Below, one piece after another: positions 27,286-41,506 of a stretch of 64,000 nucleotides of DNA. Both the position numbers and the translations under genes were made by a program. Numbering within the stretch: position 1 is the first letter of the stretch; every line of letters starts with the position of its first letter. Below the pieces are notes generated by a model. The model ran no database searches, was not told the DNA's origin, and saw nothing but the letters and a program-made list of their open reading frames with translations. This DNA is from Octopus vulgaris (Eukaryota): NCBI GenBank assembly GCA_951406725.2, contig OX597822.1, forward strand, positions 105,896,001-105,960,000, written 5' to 3'.

Positions 27286-28482
27286 GAAACGCAGTTAGGT
27301 GTATACGTCGGTAACTATATAGTTATCAGATTCCTACGTTACAACATATTGCAGAGAGTCAGTAGCAAAAAAGTGACATTGATTTATACCTATTTCTTTA
27401 TTACCCATAAGGGGCTAAACACAGAGGGGACAAACAAGGACAGACATAGGTATTAAGTCGATTACATCGACCCCAGTGCGTTTATACCACAGATACAAAA
27501 CCTATGGTCTGAGAGGATGTATAGTCTATTACATTGACATCTGCATATGAAGACGATTTCGAAATATCGTGAGCGGAAATGTAAAATGCAAACTAATTCC
27601 GATACGATTTGAACTAACGGCTTAATATCCTATCAATCCACCAACATTTAATTCCGTCCTAGCCAAAGAAATAATATTGCGTCTATTTTCGTTCTCTTTT
27701 GAAGTCATACACCATATGTTTCTCTATTGTCTATATCGCTATGACAACAAGACAGGTAATAATATAATATGTAAGGAGCGCAATACACACAAATTTAAAC
27801 ACCGCGGCGTATTTCAAATAATGAATCTTATTGAAATACATTTCTCTTTAATGCTTCCAAAAGATAAGGAGTCGTAGCCAAGGATAACATTTCGGTTGTG
27901 ATGCTAATTATACAAATAAAACGTTGAATAATATGCATTGATTATTTTCTATTGAAATAAAAACTACGTAAAGAGCCTCCAAAGTTTCAAGATGTCTAGA
28001 GAGTATTTTATTGAGAGAGAAATGAATAGATGAATATATTTGAATGTGACTAATAGGAAGTTCATGATAAAAACGAAAGCTATGTTGTAACACATATATT
28101 TAACACCTAAAGATTAATGTAAAACACATATAACTACCGTACAGTGATACACCTTAATGACTCTACACCCTGAGTCTAGTCATTTGCATAACTATTTCTT
28201 TATTAGTATATATTTTAGGCGAAGTGTTGAAACATGTTTCATTGAGGTGTCTATTGATTAAAGTAATTTATATAAACGAAAATGAGGCACGGCATTACGG
28301 TGTCAATAAAGGGTGCAGGCGTAAGTGTAGCAACATCCCAAGTTTCAAATACCGATGAAAATTCACAAATGAGCCAGATTCATTCCTTACATAACGGGTT
28401 TTGCATCAGGCTTTCTCCAGCACAAATATTTCAACAAAGATAAAGAAAACTTATTCTCTTAGTAGTCGATAACACACACACT

Positions 28483-28516
<34 letters not shown>

Positions 28517-28612
28517 GATAATCCAAACAAGAAAACAAAAAGACAACAACGCGCAAGGACGTGGAACAAATAAAGTATTATTGGACGCTCTGGAAAGAAG
28601 GGAAGAAAGAGG

Positions 28613-28647
28613 GTTTGACGTTTCGAGCGGAGCTCTTCGTCGGAAAC
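28613..28647 (-). ncRNA. Minimal hammerhead motif, U4C core variant, in a short element (~28517-28710) between TA tracts
   Basis: Minus strand reads gttt CCGACGA a-gagc-tcc-gctc GAAACGTC aaac. Confidence 0.62.
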
Positions 28648-28778
28648 ATAGGAGAAGGAAAGATCCCGAGAAGGGAAGACAGAGAGAGAAAAAATCGCTA
28701 GTGATACATTTGTGCACGTATATATACATATATATGCATATATATATATATAGATATACATACATATATGTACATATG

Positions 28779-28839
<61 letters not shown>

Positions 28840-29764
28840 CTTGTTACGGGGCGGTTAACACCCCTGTCAGTACTTAGACGTAGGCTATGTTTGTAGTTAT
28901 AAGGGTCTTTGACTCTTATTTCTAGCAATGTCGGGGCTAGAATGCACCCTCAGTCACTATTACTGACAATCGATTTCTTCCTTTTGGGTTTTATATTTCG
29001 TCTAGCCACCTTTATTATAATCATATATATATATAAGTATGAGTATGTGTCAGGCTGCTGTTGAGTGTTACTAGTAATACGTAAACAGTACAAGCGTTCC
29101 CATGGTCGGGTTGTCGGTAATGAAACCGAAACCGCCACGAAGTTTACTTGAAGTAGAGGATGATTATATGGATATGGATATTGAATACCGGTGAGATGAA
29201 AACAACCGATCCGGCAAGGGCTGGAAGAACTCGTGAAAGCTATCGGTCATCCAATTGAGGTCTGCTCTTCATCACTCTAGTGGCATACGTATAGCAATAT
29301 ATACTACCAGCAGTACCAAAAGGTTTGAATGGACCTCCAAATGTCATTGCCACTTTAAACAAATCACTGAGAAGGTCATCTAAGGGATTGGCTTACTCAA
29401 CATCATCTGGAAAAAGGAAAAAAAAATAGGATAAAAGCAGAAATTTTAACCCTCACGCGTCGAATACAGCAAGAGTCCATCATACTCACTGCTGACTACT
29501 CTGCAAATAATAGACGAAAGTAGTCTAGTTTAGTGTTCCTAGGTGTGCTATTGGGAAGGTTACCTCCCCTGTCAATGTATATAAACTGCACCCTTATGCA
29601 TCCTTAATGGCTTTATGCCTTATTTCTTAATATAGGGGCTATTCAGCACCCTCAATTTTTTCCTTTATGCATTTATAAAGCTTATATAGCTGCATATACT
29701 AAACTTATATCAACATAGTTTGAAGGGGAGAGAGAGAGAGAGAGAGAGAGTGAGTGAGAGATTA

Positions 29765-29880
29765 CCTCCAGATATCCTTGTTGCTTATTTTGATTTTAAT
29801 CACCTTATTTTGAAATTGTATGGAAAATACCATACTAAATTCTTGTGCCTCAACTTAAATACCATATTCATCTGAATCTA
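29765..29880. mobile_element. Single-arm fragment of the 15603 foldback family
   Basis: gatatccttgttgcttattttgattttaatcacc...ataccatac...catattcatc is the reverse complement of ~15603-15705. Confidence 0.6.
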
Positions 29881-30129
29881 TATATATAGAACTATTAGAC
29901 CTGATACCGTATATCAACCGGTGTTGTTCAAACGATGAATACTTCGCATAAACCATGGTCCGTATTGTTCTCTTACTTTATTATCATCTTATAATCATCT
30001 CATAATAATGACTTTTATGACTCGTATTACTACCTCAGTCAATCTAAATGTATATATCTGTCGTTACCTGTCATAAATAGTCTTTTTTTTATTTGCAATG
30101 TACATTTTCCTTGATTTTTCATATTTTAC

Positions 30130-30185
<56 letters not shown>

Positions 30186-30842
30186 TATTCGAGTTGCGTA
30201 ATATTTTACGTCATTGAGATTTGTATGTTGCATATGTCATTCAGCAGAAAGAATATTCATAGCGCTACCGTTTGTACTGCGTAGCCATTGTCATAGAATG
30301 CTGTCAAAGAGTCATATCTGAATGCAATTCCAGTTCCTTTGACAGAAAATAGACTTGGAATTATTCAATTGATAGTTGAAGACACAAGATAAAACGTCTA
30401 AAAGAAATATTGCTAGAAATGAAACAGTTGGTTAGTAAATATTGTTGAGCACTCATTCATAAACGTACGCGCCTAGAAATATGGATTTATATATATATAT
30501 AAATATGTATACGAACTATGTGTGAATTAGAAGACGCTGGAGAGTGAAAGTTTATCATGCAGAACCATAAGCTTTCACCGATTATTGATTATATAATTTA
30601 TTATAATATCAGGGCATATAAAATTCTTGACGTAAAAATAGGCATTAGGTTTCCCAGCTTACTTATATCCATTTTCCCGCTATGGGTCTTATATGTCCTA
30701 GTATTAGGCTATTTTCTCTAATCAATATAAGGTGAAATGTAATTCTATTTACTACATTATAAATATTTGTGTCATGTTTGTGTTTATGTGTGTGCATGTG
30801 TGTGTTTATTTTTCTGGAGTGGGATCGCACTCTCTCTATATA

Positions 30843-30935
<93 letters not shown>

Positions 30936-31287
30936 TGCACGGGTGGTAGTCGAATCAAAAAAGAAAAGTCAGGCCTGGCAGAACACCGGTCAGGTGGAGA
31001 GGGAAGTGAGAGAGATAGAGGCAGAGGGATAGAAGAATTAAGGAGGAGCGAGAAAAAATTATATATATATGTTTGTGGCTTTGCGTCTGAGTTTGTCCAC
31101 CACCCACCAGCATCGCTTGGCAACCGATGTTGTTGTGTTTACATCCCCGTAAATTAGCAATTCATCAAAAGGAACTGATAGAATCAGTACTAGTCTTACA
31201 AAGAATAATTCCTGAGGTCGAGATTTTCGACTAAACCCCTTTAATGTTGGGATCCGGAATGTTTGACGGAAGTAAGGGAATAAAAGA

Positions 31288-31983
<696 letters not shown>

Positions 31984-32432
31984 TACTTGGAATATAGCAT
32001 TAAAAATTTCCTTGCAAGAAAAATTTCATCAAAGTGGCAGCATATTAAAATACCTTTAAAGGTGAAAATTATAAATAAGGGCAAAAGAAAAAAATTTCTA
32101 TGCCAATATGCATCAGCGGTATATATATTGACACTTACGCACATATGTATACATGCAGAATTGTCCTTGAAAATACATACACAAGCGCATGAACAAATCC
32201 ATATTCTCATCGAATATAAATATATATCTATATGTACAATCGTACATAAACTCTTTTGGTCATCCTTGAGATGTGGGAGTCAAAATATATACTTAATGGT
32301 CCAAATGTTAAATGTTAAATTTTAGATTTAAATTTAAAATTCTTCCGACGAAAATGGGTACTTCTTTTGTTTTTTCTAATGTAATTGATCTTTTCATGAA
32401 TAAAAATGCATCTGAAACAGTTGGAGTGAATC

Positions 32433-32516
32433 TCTTACTTTTTTTTCATTTTCTTATATTTTCCATTTTCTTACTTTTTTGCCAATTTCTTACTTTTTCC
32501 ATTTTATATCCCACAG
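32433..32516 (+). promoter_or_regulatory. 3' splice site: long polypyrimidine tract made of four 17-19-bp tandem units, each starting TCTTAY
   Basis: Units start at 32433, 32452, 32469 and 32488. There is no AG between 32427 and the acceptor AG at 32515-32516. Confidence 0.75.
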
Positions 32517-32996
32517 GAATCCAACAAACAAGATAAAAGTGATGAAGAGTCCCGAAGTTTAGTAGAACCGGAACCAAGCAAACGTCAACAGTCGACACAA
32601 ATGAAGTTCATAATCCTCCACTATTCTCCGTTCAAAGCCGTTTGGGATTGGATAATCCTGCTGCTAGTTCTGTACACAGCCGTGTTTACTCCCTATTCAG
32701 CGGCCTTCCTTCTAAATGAAGACGAAATCCGAATGAAGCTAAACAGGGATGCTGCGACGCGCCTGAAAAACGCCGAGACAAGCAAGGCGGATCCCCTGGT
32801 GATAATCGACCTCCTTGTTGACATTATGTTCATAGCTGACATTCTTATTAACTTTCGAACTACATTCCTTCAAAATGGTGAAGTGGCCAGTGATCCTCAG
32901 TTAATTGCCAAACACTATGTGAAAGGATGGTTCCTTATTGATGCTATTGCTGCCATTCCTTTTGACTTGCTACTGTTTGGCTCAGGCACAAGTGAT
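32517..32996 (+). CDS. Internal coding exon of an ERG-subfamily (KCNH2/6/7-like, Kv11) voltage-gated K+ channel, encoding the pre-S1 segment and S1-S3 (160 codons)
   Basis: Translation [34 protein letters not shown]...[19 protein letters not shown]...[25 protein letters not shown] closely matches hERG S1-S3 as recalled. Acceptor: pyrimidine tract + CCACAG| at 32516. Donor: GAT|GTGAGT at 32997. Both ends are phase 0, like hERG exon 6. The paralog cannot be assigned from sequence alone. Confidence 0.95.
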
Positions 32997-33552
32997 GTGA
33001 GTTAAGACCATTTTTATTTTTTAAATTTTTTTTGTAGTTCATAATGTTATTTTCTTTCGTTTTTATTATGAATATTTTTTTTTTCGTTTTTCCAAATTAT
33101 CCGATGAATATTTTTTTTAATGAATTTTAAAATTACATTTAAAATTAGTATTTTAATACTTCCGAAATTAGTAACAACTCATGCTTAATGGGGACACTTG
33201 GACGATTCTCCATAAACATTGGAATCAAATATCCAAATATAATACAAACATTTACAAAGAAATAAGGTAATTCCACGGGAAATACTAATACCGATAATAA
33301 TAATAATAATAACAAACACCATTTCTCATTATCTAAAAATACTTTATCAGTTGTAATGAATGTGTGGCTGTGTAAAAGGAATTTTAGTGTATTCAAGATG
33401 TTAAATAACATTTTCAAATTAGAATAACTCTATTTGTTCCGATATTTATTCATAGATTTTTACATTGCGATTCTAAATGTCATTTGGGACTGGAATAGTA
33501 CGATTCTTATAGTTCATCTCAGATATAAGGCATCTGACCTTATTCTCAGGAT

Positions 33553-33608
<56 letters not shown>

Positions 33609-33617
33609 AGGGGTATG

Positions 33618-33666
<49 letters not shown>

Positions 33667-33679
33667 AATAAAAATTAAA

Positions 33680-34687
33680 AATTCAGATAGACAAACCATT
33701 AAAAACACATATGTGCGCGGATTTGGTCAAGGTAGAATGCGTCTAAAATTAAAGCATATATTAATATATCGAACATAGTGATAAAATAATAAAAGATAAA
33801 AGGCGGTGAACTGGCAGAAACGTTAGCACAACGGGATAAATGCTTAGCGGTATTTCGTCTGCGTTACGTTGTGAGTTCAAATTCCTCCGAGGTCGACTTT
33901 GCCTTTCATCCTTTCCGGGTCGATAATTTAAGTACCAGTTACGCACTGGCGCCGGTCTGTCCTTGTTTATCCCCTCTATGTTTATCCCCATGTAGGCAAT
34001 AAAGAAATAAGAAACGTTTGCACGCCGGGCGAAATGCTTGGCGGTATTTCGTCTGTCTTTGTGCTCTGAGTTCAAATTCTGCCGAGGTCGACTATGTTCT
34101 TCATCCTTTCGGGGTCGATTAATTAAATACCAGGTTCGTACCGGGCTCGATCTGAGCCTTGTGGTTAGAGTAGAAAAAAATATTGTAAAAGAACGTTTTT
34201 AAAGGATTTGAAAAAAATAGTCAAAAGTTAATTATAGGCGTCTAATAAGGTTTCGGGTTACAATTTTAGGTGATAATATTCCGATAGCCGTTTCTGGGAT
34301 TTATTCTTCCGGATGATAAATGGATTTTGAAATCCATTTTCGGAGGATGTCTCCTTCGTCAGGGAAAGATATGATATTCACGGTAGATATGCATTCAGTG
34401 CATATTATCATCTAACATAGTAACAAAAAACATTATTAGACGCTTATTATGAACTTTTGACTATCTTTTGAAATGCTTTAAAAACGTTCTTATTTATATT
34501 CTTATATTTCAGTATATTATCACTATGTTTCTACACTCATATTTATATATTGATATCTATACATACTTTTAATATCCTTATATTTTTCTATGTTCGATAT
34601 ATTAATATGGGTTTAAATTTTGGACGAATTTTACCGTGATCAAATCTGCACACCTATGTGCTGATTGTGGTTTGCCTAATTTGAATT
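33680..34687. mobile_element. Older foldback element whose left arm is interrupted by tandem SINEs, with a central hammerhead-like motif
   Basis: Outer arms 33680-33778 / 34588-34687 and inner arms 34189-34248 / 34433-34491 are diverged reverse complements. Minus strand 34317-34362 reads CTGACGA a-ggag-acatc-ctcc GAAA atggatt-tcaa-aatccat TT. Confidence 0.6.
33800..34180 (+). mobile_element. Head-to-tail dimer of SINE group D
   Basis: Two consecutive head+core units (~33800-34010 and ~34011-34180). Confidence 0.8.
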
Positions 34688-34850
34688 ATTTTCCTTTTAT
34701 TTTCCATACCTGTCTAACGTCTTATGTTCGACTTGAGCACTTCTAAGCAATCTACATATTTCGTAAGATAAGTATGATACATGTATATATGTGTATAGTT
34801 GTGTGTGTATGAGTGTTGTCTTCAGAAACATATATATGAACATACATACA

Positions 34851-34881
<31 letters not shown>

Positions 34882-36579
34882 GTGTGTGCTTAATGTTAGA
34901 GTCAAATGAGGTAAAAGAGTCTGTAGTTCTTCATTATTTGAATTCGCTTTTGTTTTTGTTTTTCGCCTTTGTTTGGAATCGTTTTGTTTGTTTCTTTTTG
35001 TTTTTATGATTATTTTTTGCATTGATTCTACCGAAATATCTTCGCAATCGTCTGGTTAATTCCCAATCTTAAGTTTCTCCTCAATTAACAGAATAATTTA
35101 AGCTATTGCAATTATATTTGTTTCTGAATTTCATTTTCTTCTTTTACTTTGAAAACTGAAATTAATTATATTATGAGTCAGCTCAGTGTGCGAGATATTG
35201 AAATATATCTCATCTCATAATTACACAGCATTTGTAAAAACGTGTTTAATTTCTGAAAGTCATTAAACCTATTTTAAAATCTTGTACTTCAAATAGTGAA
35301 TCCCTCCGTCACAACTCCACAACTATGCTTTCATTTTCTGAAATTTTATAATAGGATAGATTTCTTAATACCAGTTTTTTTTTTTCTTGTAATGTTACAG
35401 ATTTATTTTCCTTAATTGTTCGCGAATATTTTAAATTTCAGCGGTGTCACTCCTTGATATGTTAAAACTAATGGATTGAAATATTTCCATTAATCTAAAT
35501 ATTAAGAAATTAGAATTTTTAAATGAGAGACAACGCCAGCAATTTTAAGTGGAACGAATTAGTGAATACTATTGACCCAAATATTATATTGCCATTATGT
35601 TTTATTTACCTCAAGATGCTGAAAGGCAAAGTTCTTCTCAACTGGATATTAAATCAGAAAGTAAAGACCCTGCTTAAATACAGCAAAGAATATTATCCGA
35701 CGATCTAATGTCTCTGCCAGTTAGCTGCCTTCATTTATGAAATTACATGACGCAAATGTAATAACAGAAAATATAACCTGCTAAAACGATCGATTAGAGC
35801 TGCATATTTAAAGTAAAAGCAGAGAAGCATGATATTTCACATTTCACATGGACAGAATACTTCGTATTCTCCAACGGTTTCTGATAAACTTCAGTAACTG
35901 TATATTTGCATAATTGTTATACATTTAGGATTAATTTAAATTTGATTATTTAAATTGAGTTTATTTAATATTCAAATGATTTTGGTAAAGGCAACTTCCA
36001 GGTTAATTCAGTGTAAATCAATTTAATTTCAGTTAATTATTGAAGTATTACAGTTATGTAACTTTACATTTAGGGGTGCTTATTTTAATGAAACCGATAT
36101 TGAACACAAATGAGGTGTGAACTATATATGACGTTAATGCTTTTCAACTTCTATTCTAAGTATGTAACAGAAAACATATTTCGCCTTTCAGTTATATCTC
36201 AGAGCGCTCCTGTGTATGTACGCACGTATGTATGAATGAATGCGTGTTTGTGCGCACGTACGAATGTATGTGTGTGGTGGGGTAGTTTAGTGCGGGAAGT
36301 GATAACTTGGATAAAAGGAAACATAGCCTACAGAATGCTCTTGTACCGAGACATCTGTCCGTTATATGTGATCATCTATGAATGACTCTGAATGTTTTTC
36401 TATATAAGAGAAACTGATGACAGTAGAGGTGTTCGTATAGACCTTGTAAGTCAATGTATGAAATAACAGAGGGAGAGAGATTCAGACGACAGATGGTCAT
36501 ATACAGATTGGTGTTTAATTTGTACTGTTTGAAACAAATCATCCGCGAGTAAAACAACAAAAAATTATTAACTATTACC

Positions 36580-36813
36580 TATTTCTTTACTACCCACAAG
36601 GGGCTAAACACAGAGGGGGCAAACAAGGACAGACAAAGGGATTAAGTCGATTACATCGACCCCAGTGCGTAACTGGTACTTAATTTATCGACCCCGAAAG
36701 GATGAAAGGCAAAGTCGACCTCGGCGAAATTTGAACTGAGAACGTAGCGGCAGACGATATACGGCTACGCATTTCGCCCGGCGTGCTAACGTTTCTGCCA
36801 GCTCGCCATCTTG
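36580..36813 (-). mobile_element. SINE group D, 15-bp TSD
   Basis: Head GGCGAGCTGGCAGAAACGTTAG...GTTCAAATT, central GCCTTTCATCCTTTCGGGGTCGATAAA (resembles the Meta/MESC-type SINE domain, from memory). TSD TTATTAACTATTACC at 36565-36579 and 36814-36828. Confidence 0.88.
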
Positions 36814-37816
36814 TTATTAACTATTACCATTCACCATAACTGATTTCGAATTTAGATTAGTCACCGTCTTATTTTTTAGTCAGGAGTGAAGGCAATGCTC
36901 ATGATGCCTGACACGGCCTCCGCAATTGACAGAAGAGAAGGAAGTATGTATCCTCAAATCGGAAACAGAGTCTGAATGCTTGCACCACTGATTAGCAATA
37001 AAACACCAAGACGTTGATTAAATGGATGCAGTACTTGATAAGTACTTCGGAACGATGAAAAATAAAATTTACCTTTCGAACGCATATTGTAATATAATGT
37101 AGCTAAATACTCCCGCGATAACAGGTTCAACACCAGAAAACAAGGACCTACCACAGAGAACTACAAGACAGTCTAGAAAGATTTTATTATTGATGCCCAG
37201 TTTAAGGAGGGGACGTGGCAGGCCTGTTAGGGAGTCGAACAAAATGCTAAGCTGTGCTTCTTTCTGCCCTGAGTTCAAATACTGCCTATGTTAACTTTGC
37301 CTTTCATCCTTTCTAGGTCGATAAGATAAAGTACTAGTCAAGTACTGATTTGGATGTAATTAATTACCCGCTTCCTCTAAAATTGCTGGCTTTGTCTCAA
37401 AACGTGAAATAATTATTAATGTCCAGTTTTGGGGTAGTTCTTAGTAGTTCTCGAATTAATGTACAGAGTAACAAAAACAAGATGGCTCCTCCGTCGAGCT
37501 CGACGATTGATGCTCAGAAGCTCGATCAATTAAACAATCCAAGTATTAGATTATATTGTAGTTGGCTTATTATTCCACGAGTAGTTGCGCCCTTAATTTA
37601 ATCCTAATGCAGCGTGACACGTCGATAGATAACATTGTCTTTGTGAATTTCTGGTAAAGTACATTCGATGAGTTCTATATAGTTCTAGTCGACAGAGTTT
37701 CTCTCAGAGATCTCATGTAAATATATGACTATATTAAACGCCGCTTGCCTGAATTGCTAAGAGGTGGGATTGAATACAGGAACCCATAATTGTGAACTGA
37801 ACTCCCTGACCATTAG

Positions 37817-38077
37817 ACTCTTTACTCATTTTTACTCTTTTACTCTTTTACTTGTTTCAGTCATTTGACTGCGGCCATGCTGGAGCACCGCCTTTAGCCG
37901 AGCAAATCGACCCCGGGACTTATTCTTTTTGTAAGCACAGTACTTAATCTATCGGTCTCTTTTGCCGAAACCGCTAAGTGACGGGGACGTAAACACACCA
38001 GTATCGGTTGTCAAGCAATGCTAGGGGGACAAACACAGACACTAAAACATATACACACACAAACATATACACGCACA

Positions 38078-38129
<52 letters not shown>

Positions 38130-38295
38130 TACGACAGGCTTCTTTCAGTTTCCGTCTACCAAATCCACTCAAAAGGCATTGGTCGGCCCGGGGCTATAAC
38201 AGTAGACAGTTGCCCAAGATGCCACCCAGTGGGACTGAACGCGGAACCATGTGGTTGGTTAGCAAGATACTTACCACACAGCCACTCCAGTGCCT
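37817..38295 (-). mobile_element. SINE group C
   Basis: Full length with expanded internal (TA)n. Confidence 0.87.
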
Positions 38296-38944
38296 ATGAA
38301 TGTATATTTAATAAGATAATGTGGTGGTAATAAGGTGGTTGATTAGGTTAATGCGACGAACTGGAAGAATCGTTAGAACGCTGGATAAAATGCTCAGCGG
38401 CGCTTTTTCCGTCTTTGGGTTAAAAGATCAAATTCCGCTGACGTCGACTTTGCTTTTCATACTTTTATGGTTTGATTAAAAAAAGCAGTATTTGAGGCAC
38501 AGTAAGTGTCATGGATACTGCTTACCCCACTCACTAGAAGACAAACACGACTAATTTCTTACAATTTTATTGTAAATGTCTACCGCTCTAACGATGACTG
38601 AATAGACTCCAATAAATTTAGTATGAGTAACCAAGACTTATGTAACATCACAAATGCAAGCATATAGTTTTCATCACTTCTCCTTAGATATCTTTGCTGC
38701 TCCGTAGAGAACCAGATGCGTAGTTTTGGCCAAATAGTAACTTCCTGTTTTCTTCAACTGACGGTGACATGCATAATATGAGCCACAAATTCTTAGAATA
38801 ATCTATACATATAAAGCTGAAGCTGTTTCTGTGTGTGTGGCAGGTTTGGTAGCCTTCAACTAACACTATCTCCTCCGAGACCCTGCGGTGCAAGTTGACT
38901 AAAATTGAGAGTGTGATAGACGAAGGCTTACTCTTACTTCCGTA

Positions 38945-39203
38945 GGAGAAGAAAATTCAAATCGGACCATGCTAAGACCAAAAATTATTTACATCAAAAT
39001 GGTGCTTTTTTCTATGAACATCCCTATTTTTTTACGATTTTTTGACTGCTGTGTCGCTATTTTTCAGTGTATTTCAACCAGAAAAATGTTCACGTAAAAA
39101 GAATAGCAAGCTACATAATGCAAAATTTTTACTTTTCAAAAAGTCCAATTCTAAAGGGTCGAAAAGAAAACAAACCCGAGCAATACCGGGCTATACTGCT
39201 AGT
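38945..39203 (-). mobile_element. HINE-like element, third variant
   Basis: Minus strand starts ACTAGCAGTATAGCCCGGTATTGCTCGGGTTTG. The other boundary is approximate. Confidence 0.6.
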
Positions 39204-40626
39204 TTACAATAAATACATTACGTTTTTCAGTGAAAATATGATAGGAAGGGTCCGTTATTATGTCACTGAACCTTATCTAACAAACTAAAGGCCGTCTATG
39301 ACTCGTTGCTATTAGGTTCAATTCAGCTTTGAGTCAATAAAGCAATGGTCAAAGTGTTCCGTTGAAGACTCCATCGTTCTATCGGTCTTAGCTAGTTTAA
39401 CATATTTGAAGAGTACAGGCAGCTTAGAAAAAGATTTGATTGTTACTGTTGTTAAACATACACCCGTGTTTTGCAAATAAAGGGTCGTTCACAAAGGAAA
39501 TATATTATATAATATAGAGAGGCACCACCAGGACAGGTCTACATAACGGTGACTAATACTTGTGTCATACACTATTAAAATCAGAGGGGAAAACATCATA
39601 TCTAAGCAGATCAAATACATTCTATGTATTATTGAATTGTAATCTGAGAGAGCTATTCAAGATCCATCTATCAATCTGAGCTTCAAAGCAATATGGAGGA
39701 TGGGATCATCATTTACGACATATAACACCGCATCAATTGTGATACTCTACCTGCATGACGGATTGCTGTTGTGTAGCTGTAAGTCACTTCTGAGGGAGAA
39801 CTCCGATCAAAGGTTTGGAGTGTGAAAATATTCTTTTTTTTTTTCTGGTTTAGCAATGATAAGACAATATTCTTCAATATCTGCCATTTCTTAAGACGAT
39901 AAATTCTGATTTTTAGTGAGATATAGCTGCTATTTCTAACAATCAGATTCCACACGGACAGGCTCTCATAAACGCTACACAATCTTTCCATTGGTGAAGA
40001 AGAATTGTTTTATTTGAGGATAGTTGTAGGGTAGTCTTAACCATATTTGACATTGGTGCAGAAAGATTATAGAATCGGCACCATTATAAGTAGACAGGTT
40101 TATAATTAAAGCCACAAACAGTTAGAAACTACCAGGGGCATTGTGAGTTTGGCAAAATAGAATGATGGCATATTAGAATTTGCTCATTCTAATATTCTCT
40201 TCTATTTTTCGATCCCTCGGGGACGTTGCTAAATATAGTATTAGAATATTAGAGTTAAAGTGGGGCTGTGCATATAACATTCCATTTGCCGTTCACTTGT
40301 GTACAAATCTGAATATAAACATTTCTTCGCTAAAACATAGTATCTTCATTTAATGGTCCTGTTTCGTGGTGATAAATCTTTAGTTAAATATATTCAATGA
40401 GAATATTATATACTGAATTTATATTGAGTGCTCAATTGTATCAAAGTATTAATACTATTAAAGTATTTATATATTTAATACGTGCGATATATACATATAC
40501 ATATATATTTTTAATAATATATTATTATTAATATTAGGAAATCAATATCAAAACTCCTCAGAAAGGTATACACGTGTGGAAATAATTGTTGTATTAAAGA
40601 TACATAAATAAATAAATAATATTTAC

Positions 40627-41050
40627 AGGCGCAGGAGTGGCTGTGTGGTAAGTAGCTTGCTAACCAACCACATGGTTCCGGGTTCAGTCCCACTGCGTGG
40701 CATATTGGCCAAGTGTCTTCTGCTATAGTCCCGGGCCGACCAATGCCTTGTGAGTGGATTTGGTAGACGGAAACTGAAAGAAGCCTGTCGTATATATGTA
40801 TATATATATATATAAGTGTGTGTGTGTGTATATGTTTGTGTGTCTGTGTTTGTCCCCCTAGCATTGCTTGACAACCGATGCTGGTGTGTTTACGTCCCCG
40901 TCACTTAGCGGTTCGGCAAAAGAGACCGATAGAATAAGTACTGGGCTTACAAAGAATAAGTCCCGGGGTCGATTTGCTCGACTAAAGGCGGTGCTCCAGC
41001 ATGGTCGCAGTCAAATGACTGAAACAAGTAAAAGAGAAAGAGTAAAAGAG
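40627..41050 (+). mobile_element. SINE group C
   Basis: Near-identical to 25629-26059. Confidence 0.88.
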
Positions 41051-41506
41051 ATATAATTCAAAACTTTTAAACTGTCATATACATTATATATTTATACATA
41101 TTTTACATATATTTTTATATATATGTATATTTATTTATTTAAATATCTTTAATACAACAAATATTTTCACACATGTATATCTTTCTGAAGAGTTTTGATA
41201 TTGATTTCCTAATATTAATAGTAATATATTATTAAAAATATATATATTTCTTAGAGATGTACTTTTATTCTTATGTTCATTGTTATATTCGTTTATAGAA
41301 ATACCTTTCTCACAGTCACACGACATAACTTTCTGCAGGAGGAGATTGGCTGTTCTCTGAACCCGGTAAAAATGCTGCTGATTGTGTAAGCTTCGAAATA
41401 TATACCGCAATATTTAACATTTAAAGAAAGATCTAAATGGATATCAAATTTGCCAAGGGGACAATATCAGAGGATGAACAACTGTACTGCGATACCGTGT
41501 AAGCTG

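Noticed and set aside
28843-29140. Block starting TGTTACG, possibly a solo LTR
   Set aside because: No clear terminal CA, TSD, PBS or second copy is visible.
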